DNA from: an uncultured Chloroflexia bacterium
GTDB taxonomy: Bacteria; Chloroflexota; Dehalococcoidia; UBA2979
Length of the DNA stretch: 64,000 nt
NCBI GenBank assembly: GCA_963728205.1
Contig: CAVSIV010000001.1
Location: 576,001-640,000 of the forward strand
Direction of reading: 5' to 3'
The position numbers and the translations under genes were made by a program. Numbering within the stretch: position 1 is the stretch's first letter; every line of letters begins with the position of its first letter. Shown piece after piece: positions 28,220 to 36,872 of the stretch. A model generated the notes under the pieces. That model was not told the DNA's origin. It worked only from the letters and a program-made list of their open reading frames with translations, and did not search any database.

Positions 28220-28954
28220 TCAGCGTAGAGGCCGCTTCGACGGCAGGCCGGCGCGGCGCGGGTAACGGTCGTCCAGCGGCCCCGTACGTCGCACGAGCAG
28301 CACCAGCTGCTCGTAGGGCCCCGGCGGGAGCGGCAACGGGCGCGCCGCCAGCGGCTCGCCGCCGAGCGCCGCGATCGCCGCGCTCGCCTCGGCGAGCTCG
28401 TCGCGCGCGCGGCTGCCCTTCGGCGCGGCGAGCACGCCGCCCTCGCACAGCAGCGGCAGCGCGTACTCCACGAGCACCGCCAGCGGCGCGAGCGCCCGCG
28501 CCACCACGACATCGAACGCCGCGCGCAGCGCCGGGTCGCGCCCGGCGTCCTCCGCGCGGGTGTGTCGGACGTCCACGTCATCGAGCCCGAGCTCGCGTGC
28601 CGCGAGCTCGAGGAACGCCGCCCGGCGAGCGTGCGACTCCACGAGCGTCAGCCGCAGCGCCGGCTCCACGATGCGCATCGGCAGCCCGGGGAACCCGCCG
28701 CCCGGCCCCAGGTCCGCCACCCGCGCCGCCGCACCGGCGACGAGCACCCCCGCCTCGCGCAGCACGGCGAGCAGCGCCAGCGACTCGCCGAAGTGCCGTC
28801 GCTCGACCTCGTCCGGATCGGTCACGGTCGTCAGGCCGGCGCGCTCGTTCCACTCGAGCAGCAGGTCGCGGTAGCGTGCAAACGCCGCGCACTGGGCGTC
28901 GCTCAGCGCCAGGCCGAGCCGGGCCGCGTCGGCGGGCAGCAGCGAGAGCGTCAC
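28220..28954 (-). CDS. rsmG: 16S rRNA m7G527 methyltransferase
   Basis: LLLEWN...LT, RHFGESL, DLGPGGGFPGLP, LVES, RAE, FDVVVARA, YPRRAGLP.K.PL. Confidence 0.93.
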   Translation of the reverse strand: MTLSLLPADAARLGLALSDAQCAAFARYRDLLLEWNERAGLTTVTDPDEVERRHFGESLALLAVLREAGVLVAGAAARVADLGPGGGFPGLPMRIVEPALRLTLVESHARRAAFLELAARELGLDDVDVRHTRAEDAGRDPALRAAFDVVVARALAPLAVLVEYALPLLCEGGVLAAPKGSRARDELAEASAAIAALGGEPLAARPLPLPPGPYEQLVLLVRRTGPLDDRYPRRAGLPSKRPLR

Positions 28955-28998
28955 GGCGTGGCTCCGGTCGAGGTGCTCGCGCACGGCGCGGCGCAGGT

Positions 28999-29029
28999 TT
29001 GACAGGGGCGGCCGCGTTGGTCCTAGACT
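28999..29029 (+). promoter_or_regulatory. Candidate sigma70 promoter for greA
   Basis: TTGACA-19 nt-TAGACT; the spacer is longer than optimal. Confidence 0.4.
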
Positions 29030-29126
29030 GCATTCGGCAATGAGGTAGGGCAACCGGCGCCTTCGCCGAGCCTCTCGCCACATACACACACTGAAACATC
29101 GGGATCACCACGCAAAGGACCGCCCA

Positions 29127-29936
29127 ATGGCGGAGCCGATTGGCGCTGGCGAAGCGCTGACGCACTTCCTGAACTCGCTCGAGCCCGAGACGGCCCGTGC
29201 CGACCGCGACGAGGTCGAGCGTTTCGTCGAGTGGTTCGGCACCGCGCGCCCGCTCGCCGAGCTCACGGGCGACGACGTCGCGCGCTACCACCAGGAGCGC
29301 TCCGCGGCGAACGGCGAAGCGGCCGAGCCCGCGCACGTGGAGCCGCTGCGCGCGTTCCTCGCGTACTGCTCGCGCATGGCCTTCACCGACGACAACCTGG
29401 TTCCGCGCCTTAACCTCGGCGACGGCGCCGGCGGCGCGCGAGGCGGCGCGGGCGCCGTGGAGGAGCTGGCCGGTGAGGCCTATCACGTCACGCTCGAGGG
29501 CCTGCAGGGCCTCGAGCGCCAGCTGGAGGAGCTGAAGGCCGAGCGCCCGGCGATCGCGGAGAAGCTCCGCGCGGCGATGGCCGACAAGGATTTCCGCGAG
29601 AACGCGCCGCTCGACGCCGCCCGTGACGAGCAGGCGCATCTCGAGGCGCGCATCCGCGACACGGAGCAGCGCCTGCGCCGCGCGGTGATCATCGATCGCG
29701 ACGCGAAGCGCGGCCGCGCGAATGTCGGCTCGACCGTGAAGCTCCTGAACCTCGACCGCCAGCGCGAGCAGACCTTCACCCTCGTGAGTCCCACCGAGGT
29801 CGACCCGGCGAAGGGCCGCATCTCGATCGAGTCCCCGGTCGGCGTCGCCGTGCGCGATCGCTCCGTCGGGGACGAAGTGACCGTGCAGGCGCCATCGGGC
29901 CCGATCAACTTCCGCCTGATCGAGGTGGTCGACTAG
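29127..29936 (+). CDS. greA: Transcription elongation factor GreA with N-terminal extension
   Basis: C-terminal T.EG...LE..LEEL...DFRENA...A.DEQ..LE.RI...ISIESPVG; about 110 extra N-terminal residues. Confidence 0.92.
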   Translation: MAEPIGAGEALTHFLNSLEPETARADRDEVERFVEWFGTARPLAELTGDDVARYHQERSAANGEAAEPAHVEPLRAFLAYCSRMAFTDDNLVPRLNLGDGAGGARGGAGAVEELAGEAYHVTLEGLQGLERQLEELKAERPAIAEKLRAAMADKDFRENAPLDAARDEQAHLEARIRDTEQRLRRAVIIDRDAKRGRANVGSTVKLLNLDRQREQTFTLVSPTEVDPAKGRISIESPVGVAVRDRSVGDEVTVQAPSGPINFRLIEVVD

Positions 29937-29972
29937 CGGCCGTTGCGGTGCGCGTGTCCGCGCGTGCAGCGG

Positions 29973-30563
29973 CTAGCCCAATCGCCCGAGCAGCCCCAGC
30001 GAGCGCTGCACGACCAGCGCCGTCGCTTGAGCGTCGTAGGCGGGCAGCGAGCTGTCCGTGAACAGATGCCTGTCCCCCGGGTAGACGAACAGCTCCGCCA
30101 GCTCCGTCCCGACCGTCTCGACCAGTGCGCGGGCGGCGTCGAGGTCGCCCTCGAGCGCGAAGAACGGGTCCTGGTCCATGCCGTGGATCTGCACCGGGAC
30201 GCCGTCGGGCCACGGGCCGATCGCCCATTCGCCGGTGATGGGAAGACACGCCTCGTAGAGGAGCGCCCCCCGCGCGCCGGGCCGGGTCTGCGCGAGTCGC
30301 TGCGCCGTGCCGGAGCCCATCGAGATGCCGGCGTACACCAGTCCCGCGGGCAGCTGCGCCACGGCTCGGTCAGCGCGCCGGTCGAGCTCCTCGTGACCGA
30401 TGCGCCGCGCCAACGCGAGGCCGTCCTCGATGGACCCCGGTCGCTCGCCGTCGAACACGTCCGGCGTGTGCACGGTGTGCCCGCCGGCGCGCAGCGCCTC
30501 GGCCAGCGCGCGGACGCCGTCGGTGAGTCCCTGGATGTGGTGGAACAGCACGACCTCGGCCAT
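29973..30563 (-). CDS. Dienelactone hydrolase family protein
   Basis: VVLFHH..GLT, GISMG nucleophile elbow, DPFF, YPGDRHLF. Confidence 0.88.
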   Translation of the reverse strand: MAEVVLFHHIQGLTDGVRALAEALRAGGHTVHTPDVFDGERPGSIEDGLALARRIGHEELDRRADRAVAQLPAGLVYAGISMGSGTAQRLAQTRPGARGALLYEACLPITGEWAIGPWPDGVPVQIHGMDQDPFFALEGDLDAARALVETVGTELAELFVYPGDRHLFTDSSLPAYDAQATALVVQRSLGLLGRLG

Positions 30564-30565
30564 CG

Positions 30566-31483
30566 CTACCCCCCGAGCAGCAGCCGGTCGAGCACCATCG
30601 CGGCGAACAGCAGCGCGAGGTACGACGTCGAGTACCGGAACATCGCGCGCGTCCCCCCGGTGCCGGGCGACCGGTAGATCCTGACCGCGTACCAGATGAA
30701 GCCCGCCCCGCCGGCGATCGCCACCACGAGGTAGAGCACGCCGAGCCGCGCCACCGCCCCGAAGATCAGCGACAGCGCGGCCGTCAGGATCGCGTAGAGG
30801 ATGATCTGGCGCTTCGTCTCGCGTTCACCCACGACCGTCGGCATCATCGGGATGCTGGCCGCCCGGTAGTCATCGGCGAGCCCGAGCGCGAGGGCCCAGA
30901 AGTGCGGCGGCTGCCAGTAGAAGACGAGCAGGAAGAGCAGCACGCCCTGCAGCCCGATGTGCCCGGTGACAGCCGTCCAGCCGATCAGCGGCGGCGCGGC
31001 GCCGGCGGCCCCCCCGAGCACGGTGTTGTGCACCGTCGTGCGCTTCAGGTACAGCGTGTAGACGACCGTGTAGAAGAGGAACGCGGCGACCGCGAGCGCC
31101 GCCGAGAGCAGGTTCACGGTCAACGCCAGCCAGATCCCCGAAGCGACCCCCTGGGCGATGCCGAAGATCAGCGCGTGCCGCGCCGGGATGGCGCCGCGCG
31201 GAATCGGGCGGTTGCGCGTGCGCCGCATGATCGCGTCGATGTCGCGGTCGATGTACATGTTGACCGCACCGGCGCCGCCGGCGGCGAGCATGCCGCCGAT
31301 CAGCGTCGCGATCACGAGCCACGTGCTCGGCCAGCCGCTCTCGGCCAGCACCATCGCCGGCACCGTCGTGATCAACAGCAGCAGGATGATCGACGGCTTG
31401 GTCAGCGTGAAGTAGTCGCGGAGCAGCGCGCCCGTCGAGCGACGGGCGATGGGCGACGCGACGACATTCGCCTCGCTATGCAC
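30566..31483 (-). CDS. ctaB: Heme o synthase (protoheme IX farnesyltransferase)
   Basis: LTKP, NMYIDRDIDAIMRRT..RP, WQPPHFWAL, DYRAA.IPM. Confidence 0.95.
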   Translation of the reverse strand: MHSEANVVASPIARRSTGALLRDYFTLTKPSIILLLLITTVPAMVLAESGWPSTWLVIATLIGGMLAAGGAGAVNMYIDRDIDAIMRRTRNRPIPRGAIPARHALIFGIAQGVASGIWLALTVNLLSAALAVAAFLFYTVVYTLYLKRTTVHNTVLGGAAGAAPPLIGWTAVTGHIGLQGVLLFLLVFYWQPPHFWALALGLADDYRAASIPMMPTVVGERETKRQIILYAILTAALSLIFGAVARLGVLYLVVAIAGGAGFIWYAVRIYRSPGTGGTRAMFRYSTSYLALLFAAMVLDRLLLGG

Positions 31484-32426
31484 GCGCGTGGCTGGCTTCG
31501 CGCGGCGCCGCCTTGGCAGGTTCGGCGGCCGGCTCGGGGCCGGGACGGTACTGCCCCGCGATGGTGAGCACGATCAGCACGCCCCACGTTGCGCTGCCGA
31601 GCACGAGGTGCAGCACGCGCGCCCACTCCGAGAAGTGGCTGAAGATGTTCAGCCCGCCGCTCACGATCTGCAGCACGAAGAGCGCGCCCACGAGGAAGGC
31701 GCCGCGCCGGATCCACTGGCCCGGCTCGAGCCAGCGCCACGCCGCGTAGACGAGCGCGATGATGGCGAGCGAGTCGAGGGCGACGAGCAGCCGGTGCGCC
31801 CACTGGATGGACTGCATGCGCCCGCCATCGACGAACGGGATCGGCGCCTGCGTGCAGCCCGGCCACGTCGTGCACGCGTAGCCGGCCGCGTTGCCCACGA
31901 CGTACGTACCGGCCACGACGACCACGGCCGTTGCCACCGCCGCCACCCCGGCCACGGCGATGAACCGGCGCCGCACCGGCGTGCGCACCACGGTCCGGCC
32001 CGGTCCGAGCATCGCGAACGCGGCGATCAGCGCGAGGACGGCGAGGAGCACCTCGGCGGTGGAGAGGTGGAACGCGACGACCTCGGGCGGGAGCTCGCGC
32101 TCCACGGTCACCTTGCCGAGGTACGCCTGGATCGCGAGCAGCGGGAGTGAGATCACGGCGAGCCAGCGCAGCACGGCATCCGTGCGCCGCACCCGGAACG
32201 TCGCGACGGCGGTGAGCACCACGAGCACGCCGACGATGGCGGCGGTCGTGCGGTGCGAGTACTCGATGATCGGATGCAGCGACAGCGGCGGCAGGAGCCG
32301 GCCGTGGCAGAGCGGCCAGTCGGGACAGCCGAGCCCGGAGCCCGTCGTGCGGACCGTGGAGCCGACGCCGATCAGCACCAGGGTCATGAAGACCGTGACC
32401 AGGGCGAGCCGCTGGTAACGAGACAT
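31476..32426 (-). CDS. ctaA: Heme a synthase
   Basis: GLGCPDWPLCHG, EYSHR, second Cys pair CTTWPGC, AHR. Confidence 0.93.
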   Translation of the reverse strand: MSRYQRLALVTVFMTLVLIGVGSTVRTTGSGLGCPDWPLCHGRLLPPLSLHPIIEYSHRTTAAIVGVLVVLTAVATFRVRRTDAVLRWLAVISLPLLAIQAYLGKVTVERELPPEVVAFHLSTAEVLLAVLALIAAFAMLGPGRTVVRTPVRRRFIAVAGVAAVATAVVVVAGTYVVGNAAGYACTTWPGCTQAPIPFVDGGRMQSIQWAHRLLVALDSLAIIALVYAAWRWLEPGQWIRRGAFLVGALFVLQIVSGGLNIFSHFSEWARVLHLVLGSATWGVLIVLTIAGQYRPGPEPAAEPAKAAPREASHARA

Positions 32427-32479
32427 CGAAGCAACACCCCCTCCGCTGAGGCGCAGCGGCAGCGTACGCCCGGCGGGAC

Positions 32480-32704
32480 TTAGGCTCCCGTCGGCGTCTG
32501 CTCGGGCGCGCGCGTCTGCGCCGTGGCCGCCTCCCGGGCGGTGGGGCGCCCGGCCGCGTCGGCCTCGCCCTCCGTGAGCCGCTCCTCGAGCAGCTCGATC
32601 TCGTGCTGCAGCGTGCGTACCCGCGCCTGCAGCACGAGGAGGTAGACGAAGAGCCCGGCCCAGAAGATGGCGAACCCGGCGAAGAGGTACTGCAGCGCGT
32701 TCAT
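32480..32704 (-). CDS. ccmD: CcmD-like small membrane protein
   Basis: YLFAGFAIFWAGLFVY TM followed by a coiled tail; start overlaps the ccmC stop. Confidence 0.7.
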   Translation of the reverse strand: MNALQYLFAGFAIFWAGLFVYLLVLQARVRTLQHEIELLEERLTEGEADAAGRPTAREAATAQTRAPEQTPTGA

Positions 32705-33432
32705 CGTGCCTGCTCCCAGCGATCGACGAGCGAGCGCAACGTCTCCGTGCGCTGCCCGAGGCGTTCGGTGTCGGTGTGCAGCGAGACCAGCCACGTCGTC
32801 AGCAGCATGATCGCGCCCATGCTGATCAGCAGGACGGCCGTCATCTCCGGCGGCAGCGCGGGGCGCTCGAGCGCGCGGAACACGATCGGCTGGGGATGCA
32901 GCGTTCGCCACCAGGTGACGGACATATGGATGAGCGGGATGTCCATGAAGCCGATGATCGCGAACACCGCCGCGTAGCGCGCGGCCTGCTCGTCGTTCGG
33001 CCCGGCGACGGCGCGCGCCAGCAGGTACGCGCTGAAGATCAGGAAGAGGATGAGCGTCGACGTCAGCCGCGCGTCCCACGTCCAGTACACGCCCCAGATC
33101 GGCTTGCCCCAGATCGCGCCGGTGACGAGCACGAGGAACGTGAACAGCACGCCCACCGCGGCCGACGCACGCGCGGCGGCGTCCCAGCGCATGTCGCGCT
33201 TCCACAGCACGACGATCGAAGCGACGAAGGTGACCGTGAAGGCGGCATAGGCGGCGATGGCCGACGGCACGTGGATGTACATGATGCGCTGGACGTCGCC
33301 CTCGACGGCTTCGCGCGGTGCGGCGAGCACGGCGCCGACGATCATCGCGAACATCCCCACGCCGGTGAGCGGGGGCAGCACGCTCCAGCGCCATCCGTAG
33401 ACCCGCTGGGCCGTCGACGCGATTCGGTTCAT
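32701..33432 (-). CDS. ccmC: Heme exporter CcmC
   Basis: RIMYIHVP, WGKPIWGVYWTWDARLT (WWD domain), WWRTLH. Confidence 0.95.
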   Translation of the reverse strand: MNRIASTAQRVYGWRWSVLPPLTGVGMFAMIVGAVLAAPREAVEGDVQRIMYIHVPSAIAAYAAFTVTFVASIVVLWKRDMRWDAAARASAAVGVLFTFLVLVTGAIWGKPIWGVYWTWDARLTSTLILFLIFSAYLLARAVAGPNDEQAARYAAVFAIIGFMDIPLIHMSVTWWRTLHPQPIVFRALERPALPPEMTAVLLISMGAIMLLTTWLVSLHTDTERLGQRTETLRSLVDRWEQAR

Positions 33433-34085
33433 CGTTCCACCACCATCGGGAAGAGCAGGGCCGCTCCGAGCGTGCTCCACAGCGCGAAGATCACCAGCAA
33501 CAGCATCCACGGCGCCGCACCGGATGGCTGGCCGAGGCTGGCGCCGGTCGCGCGAACGGCCGCGATCAGCATCGGCACGAGCACGGGCAACGCCAGTGAT
33601 GGGAGCAGCACCGCCCGGGACCGCACGCGCCCCCCGAGCGTCGAGAGCAGGGTGGTGAGGGAGACGTAGCCGACTGTCCCCACCGCCACGATCACCACCA
33701 GCCGCCAGGTGATCAGCGTGGCATCGAACAGGATAGTCGCGAGCAACAGAAGGGCAACCTCGACCGCGAACAGCGCGAGCATGTTGCTCAGCGCCTTGCC
33801 CAGGTAAATCGCGGTCGGCGACGCCGGCGACAGCAGCATCGCGTCGAACGTGCCCTGGTCGGCCTCCTGCTGGAACGAGCCCCCGCCGGCGAAGATGCCG
33901 GCGAAGAGGAACGTGGTCCACAGCACGCCGGGCAGCAGCGGGCGCACGTCGCGCGTGGCGAGGTCGAACGCGAACGAGTAGGTCAGCAGGCTGATCGCCG
34001 CGAATGCCGCGGCCGCGACCCAGCCGCTGCGGTCGCGCCACGCCAGCCGCAGATCCTTGCGCAGCACGACGAGCGTGCCGTTCAC
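33429..34085 (-). CDS. ccmB: Heme exporter CcmB
   Basis: KDLRL..R, GVLW, F..E...G, IYLGK, LLP.L.LP. Confidence 0.9.
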   Translation of the reverse strand: MNGTLVVLRKDLRLAWRDRSGWVAAAAFAAISLLTYSFAFDLATRDVRPLLPGVLWTTFLFAGIFAGGGSFQQEADQGTFDAMLLSPASPTAIYLGKALSNMLALFAVEVALLLLATILFDATLITWRLVVIVAVGTVGYVSLTTLLSTLGGRVRSRAVLLPSLALPVLVPMLIAAVRATGASLGQPSGAAPWMLLLVIFALWSTLGAALLFPMVVER

Positions 34086-34795
34086 GGCCGCGCCCCCGTC
34101 GCCGGCGTGGCCGCGGTGCCCGACGCGCCGGCGGCGCCCGCCGTCGTGTCCTCGACGACGCGACCGCGCTCGAGCCGCACGATGCCGTCGGCCCACGCGC
34201 CGAGGTGGTCGATCCGGTGGGTGGCGGCGAGCACGGTGAGGCCGGGCGCGGCGAGCATCAGCTCGTCGAGCAGGGCCACGCCGTCGACGTCGAGCCCGGT
34301 CTCGGGCTCGTCGAGCAACAGCACGTCGGGGCGGTGCACCAGCGCGCGCGCCAGCGCGAGCCGCTGGTGCTGGCCGCGCGACAGCACGCGCGTCGGCTCG
34401 CGGCGCCGGCGCCAGAGGCCGACGCGGCGCAGCAGCTCCTCGATGCGCGCGGCCGGCGCCGCGACCCCGTAGAGGCGCGCGAAGAACTCGAGGTTCTCCA
34501 GCGGCGTCAGCTCCTCGTAGAGCATCGGCGAGTGCGCGAGCACGCCGATGCGCGCCCGCAATCCCAGCGCGCGTGGTGTGAGTGGCTCGCCGTCGACGCG
34601 GATCTCGCCCGCGGTCGGCGTGATCAGCGTGGCGAGCATGCCGAGCAGCGTGGTCTTGCCGGCGCCGTTCGCGCCGAGCAGCGCGGTCTTCGCGCCGGCC
34701 GGGAGGCGGATCGCGACGTCCTCGACGACCGGCAGCGTCGCGTAGCGCTTGGCGAGACCCCGCGTCTCGAGTGCCGGCGGCCGCGGCGCCGTCAC
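34082..34795 (-). CDS. ccmA: Heme ABC exporter ATPase CcmA
   Basis: GANGAGKTT, LYEELT..ENL, LSRGQ, LLLDEP; located in the ccm operon. Confidence 0.9.
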   Translation of the reverse strand: MTAPRPPALETRGLAKRYATLPVVEDVAIRLPAGAKTALLGANGAGKTTLLGMLATLITPTAGEIRVDGEPLTPRALGLRARIGVLAHSPMLYEELTPLENLEFFARLYGVAAPAARIEELLRRVGLWRRRREPTRVLSRGQHQRLALARALVHRPDVLLLDEPETGLDVDGVALLDELMLAAPGLTVLAATHRIDHLGAWADGIVRLERGRVVEDTTAGAAGASGTAATPATGARP

Positions 34796-36000
34796 GAGGA
34801 TGCGCCCGGCGAGCCGTCGCCGCCGGCGCCGTCGCCTCCGGCACCGGCGCGCCGGTGCCGGCGCGCGGCGCCCCACCAGCCGGCCCCGACGGCTCCGCCG
34901 GCGATCACGACGAGCGCGATCGCGGCGCCGAGGACCACGGTGGGGCGGTCGGTCAGCGGATTGCCCGCCGGCTGCGCACCGGAAAGGCCGATCATGTCGA
35001 CCTGCAGCCCCTGCCCGGGCGGAACGTTCTGGCGTGTCACCACGAGCAGCTGCTCCCCCTGGACCTGCGCGTCCGGCGCGCGCTGCGCGTCGCCGACGGG
35101 ATCGAGCGAGCGGAGGAATCGGGACGGCGCACGCGCCTCGATGCGGTCCGCCTGCACGGGTGTCGTGACGCGCAGCTGATAGCGGTCGGCCTGGCGATCG
35201 TAGCCAATGGTGTAGCGCGTGACGACCGACGTGACCCCGGGCAGCAGCGGCGTCCCGACGGTCACGACACCGCCCTGCAGCTGCACCGGATCGTCGGCCG
35301 TGAGGCCGCCCGCGTCCGTCGTGCCGTCCGGTGCCGGCAGCCGCAGCGTGGGCGCGCCCTTCGCGCCGACGTACACGCGATCCGACGGGTTCTGCACGAG
35401 GTCCTCGCGCAGCAGGGTGAGTTGCCCGGCCGCGCGGTCGATCGCGAGCAGCGTCGCGGTCGTCGACTGGATCGTGAGCGCCGGCGCTTCCGAGGTCGTC
35501 TCGTAGACGGTGATGTCGCGCTGCGCGGTCGGCTGATCCGGCGTGATCTGCGCGGGGTCGCCAAAGTACGGCACGCCCTGGTACTCGAGCCGCAGGACGA
35601 ACGACGCCGAGGCGTCCGGGACCACGGCGAACGAGTAGGCGCCGCCGCTGACGGTGGTCTGCTGCGAGTCGACGACGTTGTTGCCGTTCAGCTCGATCAG
35701 CAGGATCGGGAGGTCGCCCGAGAGCGACGCGCCCGCCGTGCCGTCGGTGATGGTGCCACTGATGCGCCCGGTGGCCGCCGGGGAAGGGGTACCGCCGGCT
35801 GCCTTGGGCGTGGGGGCTGCGGCCGGCGCGGTCGACGCCGGCTCGGGCGTGACGGTGGCGGTGGGCGACTGCGCACGCGCGGCCGTCGCGCCGGCCGCGC
35901 ACAGCGCGGCTGCGACGGCGAGCACCGCGAACAGCGCGCCGGGGCGAGCGAGCCGTCCCAGCGAGGAGGGGTGCGCGCGCGCCCGCCCCGAGTACGTCAC
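34792..36000 (-). CDS. Exported beta-rich protein with C-terminal TM, within the ccm operon
   Basis: Signal peptide, GRISGTITDGT carboxypeptidase-regulatory-like domain, YQGVPY, ITVYETT; overlaps both neighbours by GTGA. Confidence 0.75.
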   Translation of the reverse strand: MTYSGRARAHPSSLGRLARPGALFAVLAVAAALCAAGATAARAQSPTATVTPEPASTAPAAAPTPKAAGGTPSPAATGRISGTITDGTAGASLSGDLPILLIELNGNNVVDSQQTTVSGGAYSFAVVPDASASFVLRLEYQGVPYFGDPAQITPDQPTAQRDITVYETTSEAPALTIQSTTATLLAIDRAAGQLTLLREDLVQNPSDRVYVGAKGAPTLRLPAPDGTTDAGGLTADDPVQLQGGVVTVGTPLLPGVTSVVTRYTIGYDRQADRYQLRVTTPVQADRIEARAPSRFLRSLDPVGDAQRAPDAQVQGEQLLVVTRQNVPPGQGLQVDMIGLSGAQPAGNPLTDRPTVVLGAAIALVVIAGGAVGAGWWGAARRHRRAGAGGDGAGGDGSPGASS

Positions 36001-36359
36001 CGTTGGTTCGCCCGAGCTTGCGGCTGGGGCTGCGCCGCCGACCCCGGTTCGGCCGGAGAGGCCGCCGATGATGGGGCGGCGGACGGCGGCGCGGCCGTCG
36101 ACTCGCCGCGCTCCCGTAGCGCCTCCGTGACCGCGCGCAGCGGCGGCCCGAGCGCCCGCCGCCCCGCCGCGCGGTCCTCGGCGGCGATGCGACCGGCCGC
36201 CAGGTCCTCGTCGAGCTCGCGCAGCTGCCGCAGCAGCGACCGGTGCTCCGCGCGCAGCTCCTCGACGCCGTCGTCGACCAGGCGCTCGTCGCCGCGTGGG
36301 AACGCGATGTAGGCGGCGACCGCCGCGGCGACGAGCACGAGCACGAGGAACGGGATCAC
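35997..36359 (-). CDS. CcmI-N-terminal-like small membrane protein
   Basis: N-terminal TM then LRQLRELDEDLAAGRI..ED. Confidence 0.7.
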   Translation of the reverse strand: MIPFLVLVLVAAAVAAYIAFPRGDERLVDDGVEELRAEHRSLLRQLRELDEDLAAGRIAAEDRAAGRRALGPPLRAVTEALRERGESTAAPPSAAPSSAASPAEPGSAAQPQPQARANQR

Positions 36360-36868
36360 GCGTCGTCCTCGCTCTCGGCCAGCTGGCGGTCGAGCCATGC
36401 GTCGTCGGGGGACGGCGCGCCGGCCGCGGGCGCGGGACCGGCGCGGCCGGCGGGTCTCCGCAGCTGGAAGAGGAAGAAGCCACCGATCAGTGCCACCATC
36501 GCCAGCGATCCGCCGACCCACCCGAAGAGCACGAGGTTGAACCCCTGCGCGGGCACCCGGGCCAGCACGCGCTCGCCGTAGCGGTCGCGGAAGTACGCGA
36601 CGATCACCTCGGGCGGGTCACCCGCCTGCAGTCGCTGCCGGATCACCGCCTTCATGTCGTTGCAGATCGCGAGATTGCACACGTCGAGCCGCTCGTTCAT
36701 GCACTGCGGGCAGAGCAGCTGGTGCTCGACCGCGAGCTCGCGTGCATCGAGATCGGCGCTCTTCGGCGAGGACGAGCCGTCGTGGGTGATGAGCAGGACG
36801 TAGCCGACGCCGAGCAGCACGGCGAACGCCACGGCGCCGGCCACCAGCAGTCGTGTGTGCGCGCGCAT
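36356..36868 (-). CDS. ccmH: Cytochrome c biogenesis protein CcmH
   Basis: LLCPQC, M..VIR..L..G, YF..RYGE.VL. Confidence 0.9.
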   Translation of the reverse strand: MRAHTRLLVAGAVAFAVLLGVGYVLLITHDGSSSPKSADLDARELAVEHQLLCPQCMNERLDVCNLAICNDMKAVIRQRLQAGDPPEVIVAYFRDRYGERVLARVPAQGFNLVLFGWVGGSLAMVALIGGFFLFQLRRPAGRAGPAPAAGAPSPDDAWLDRQLAESEDDA

Positions 36869-36872
36869 CCGT

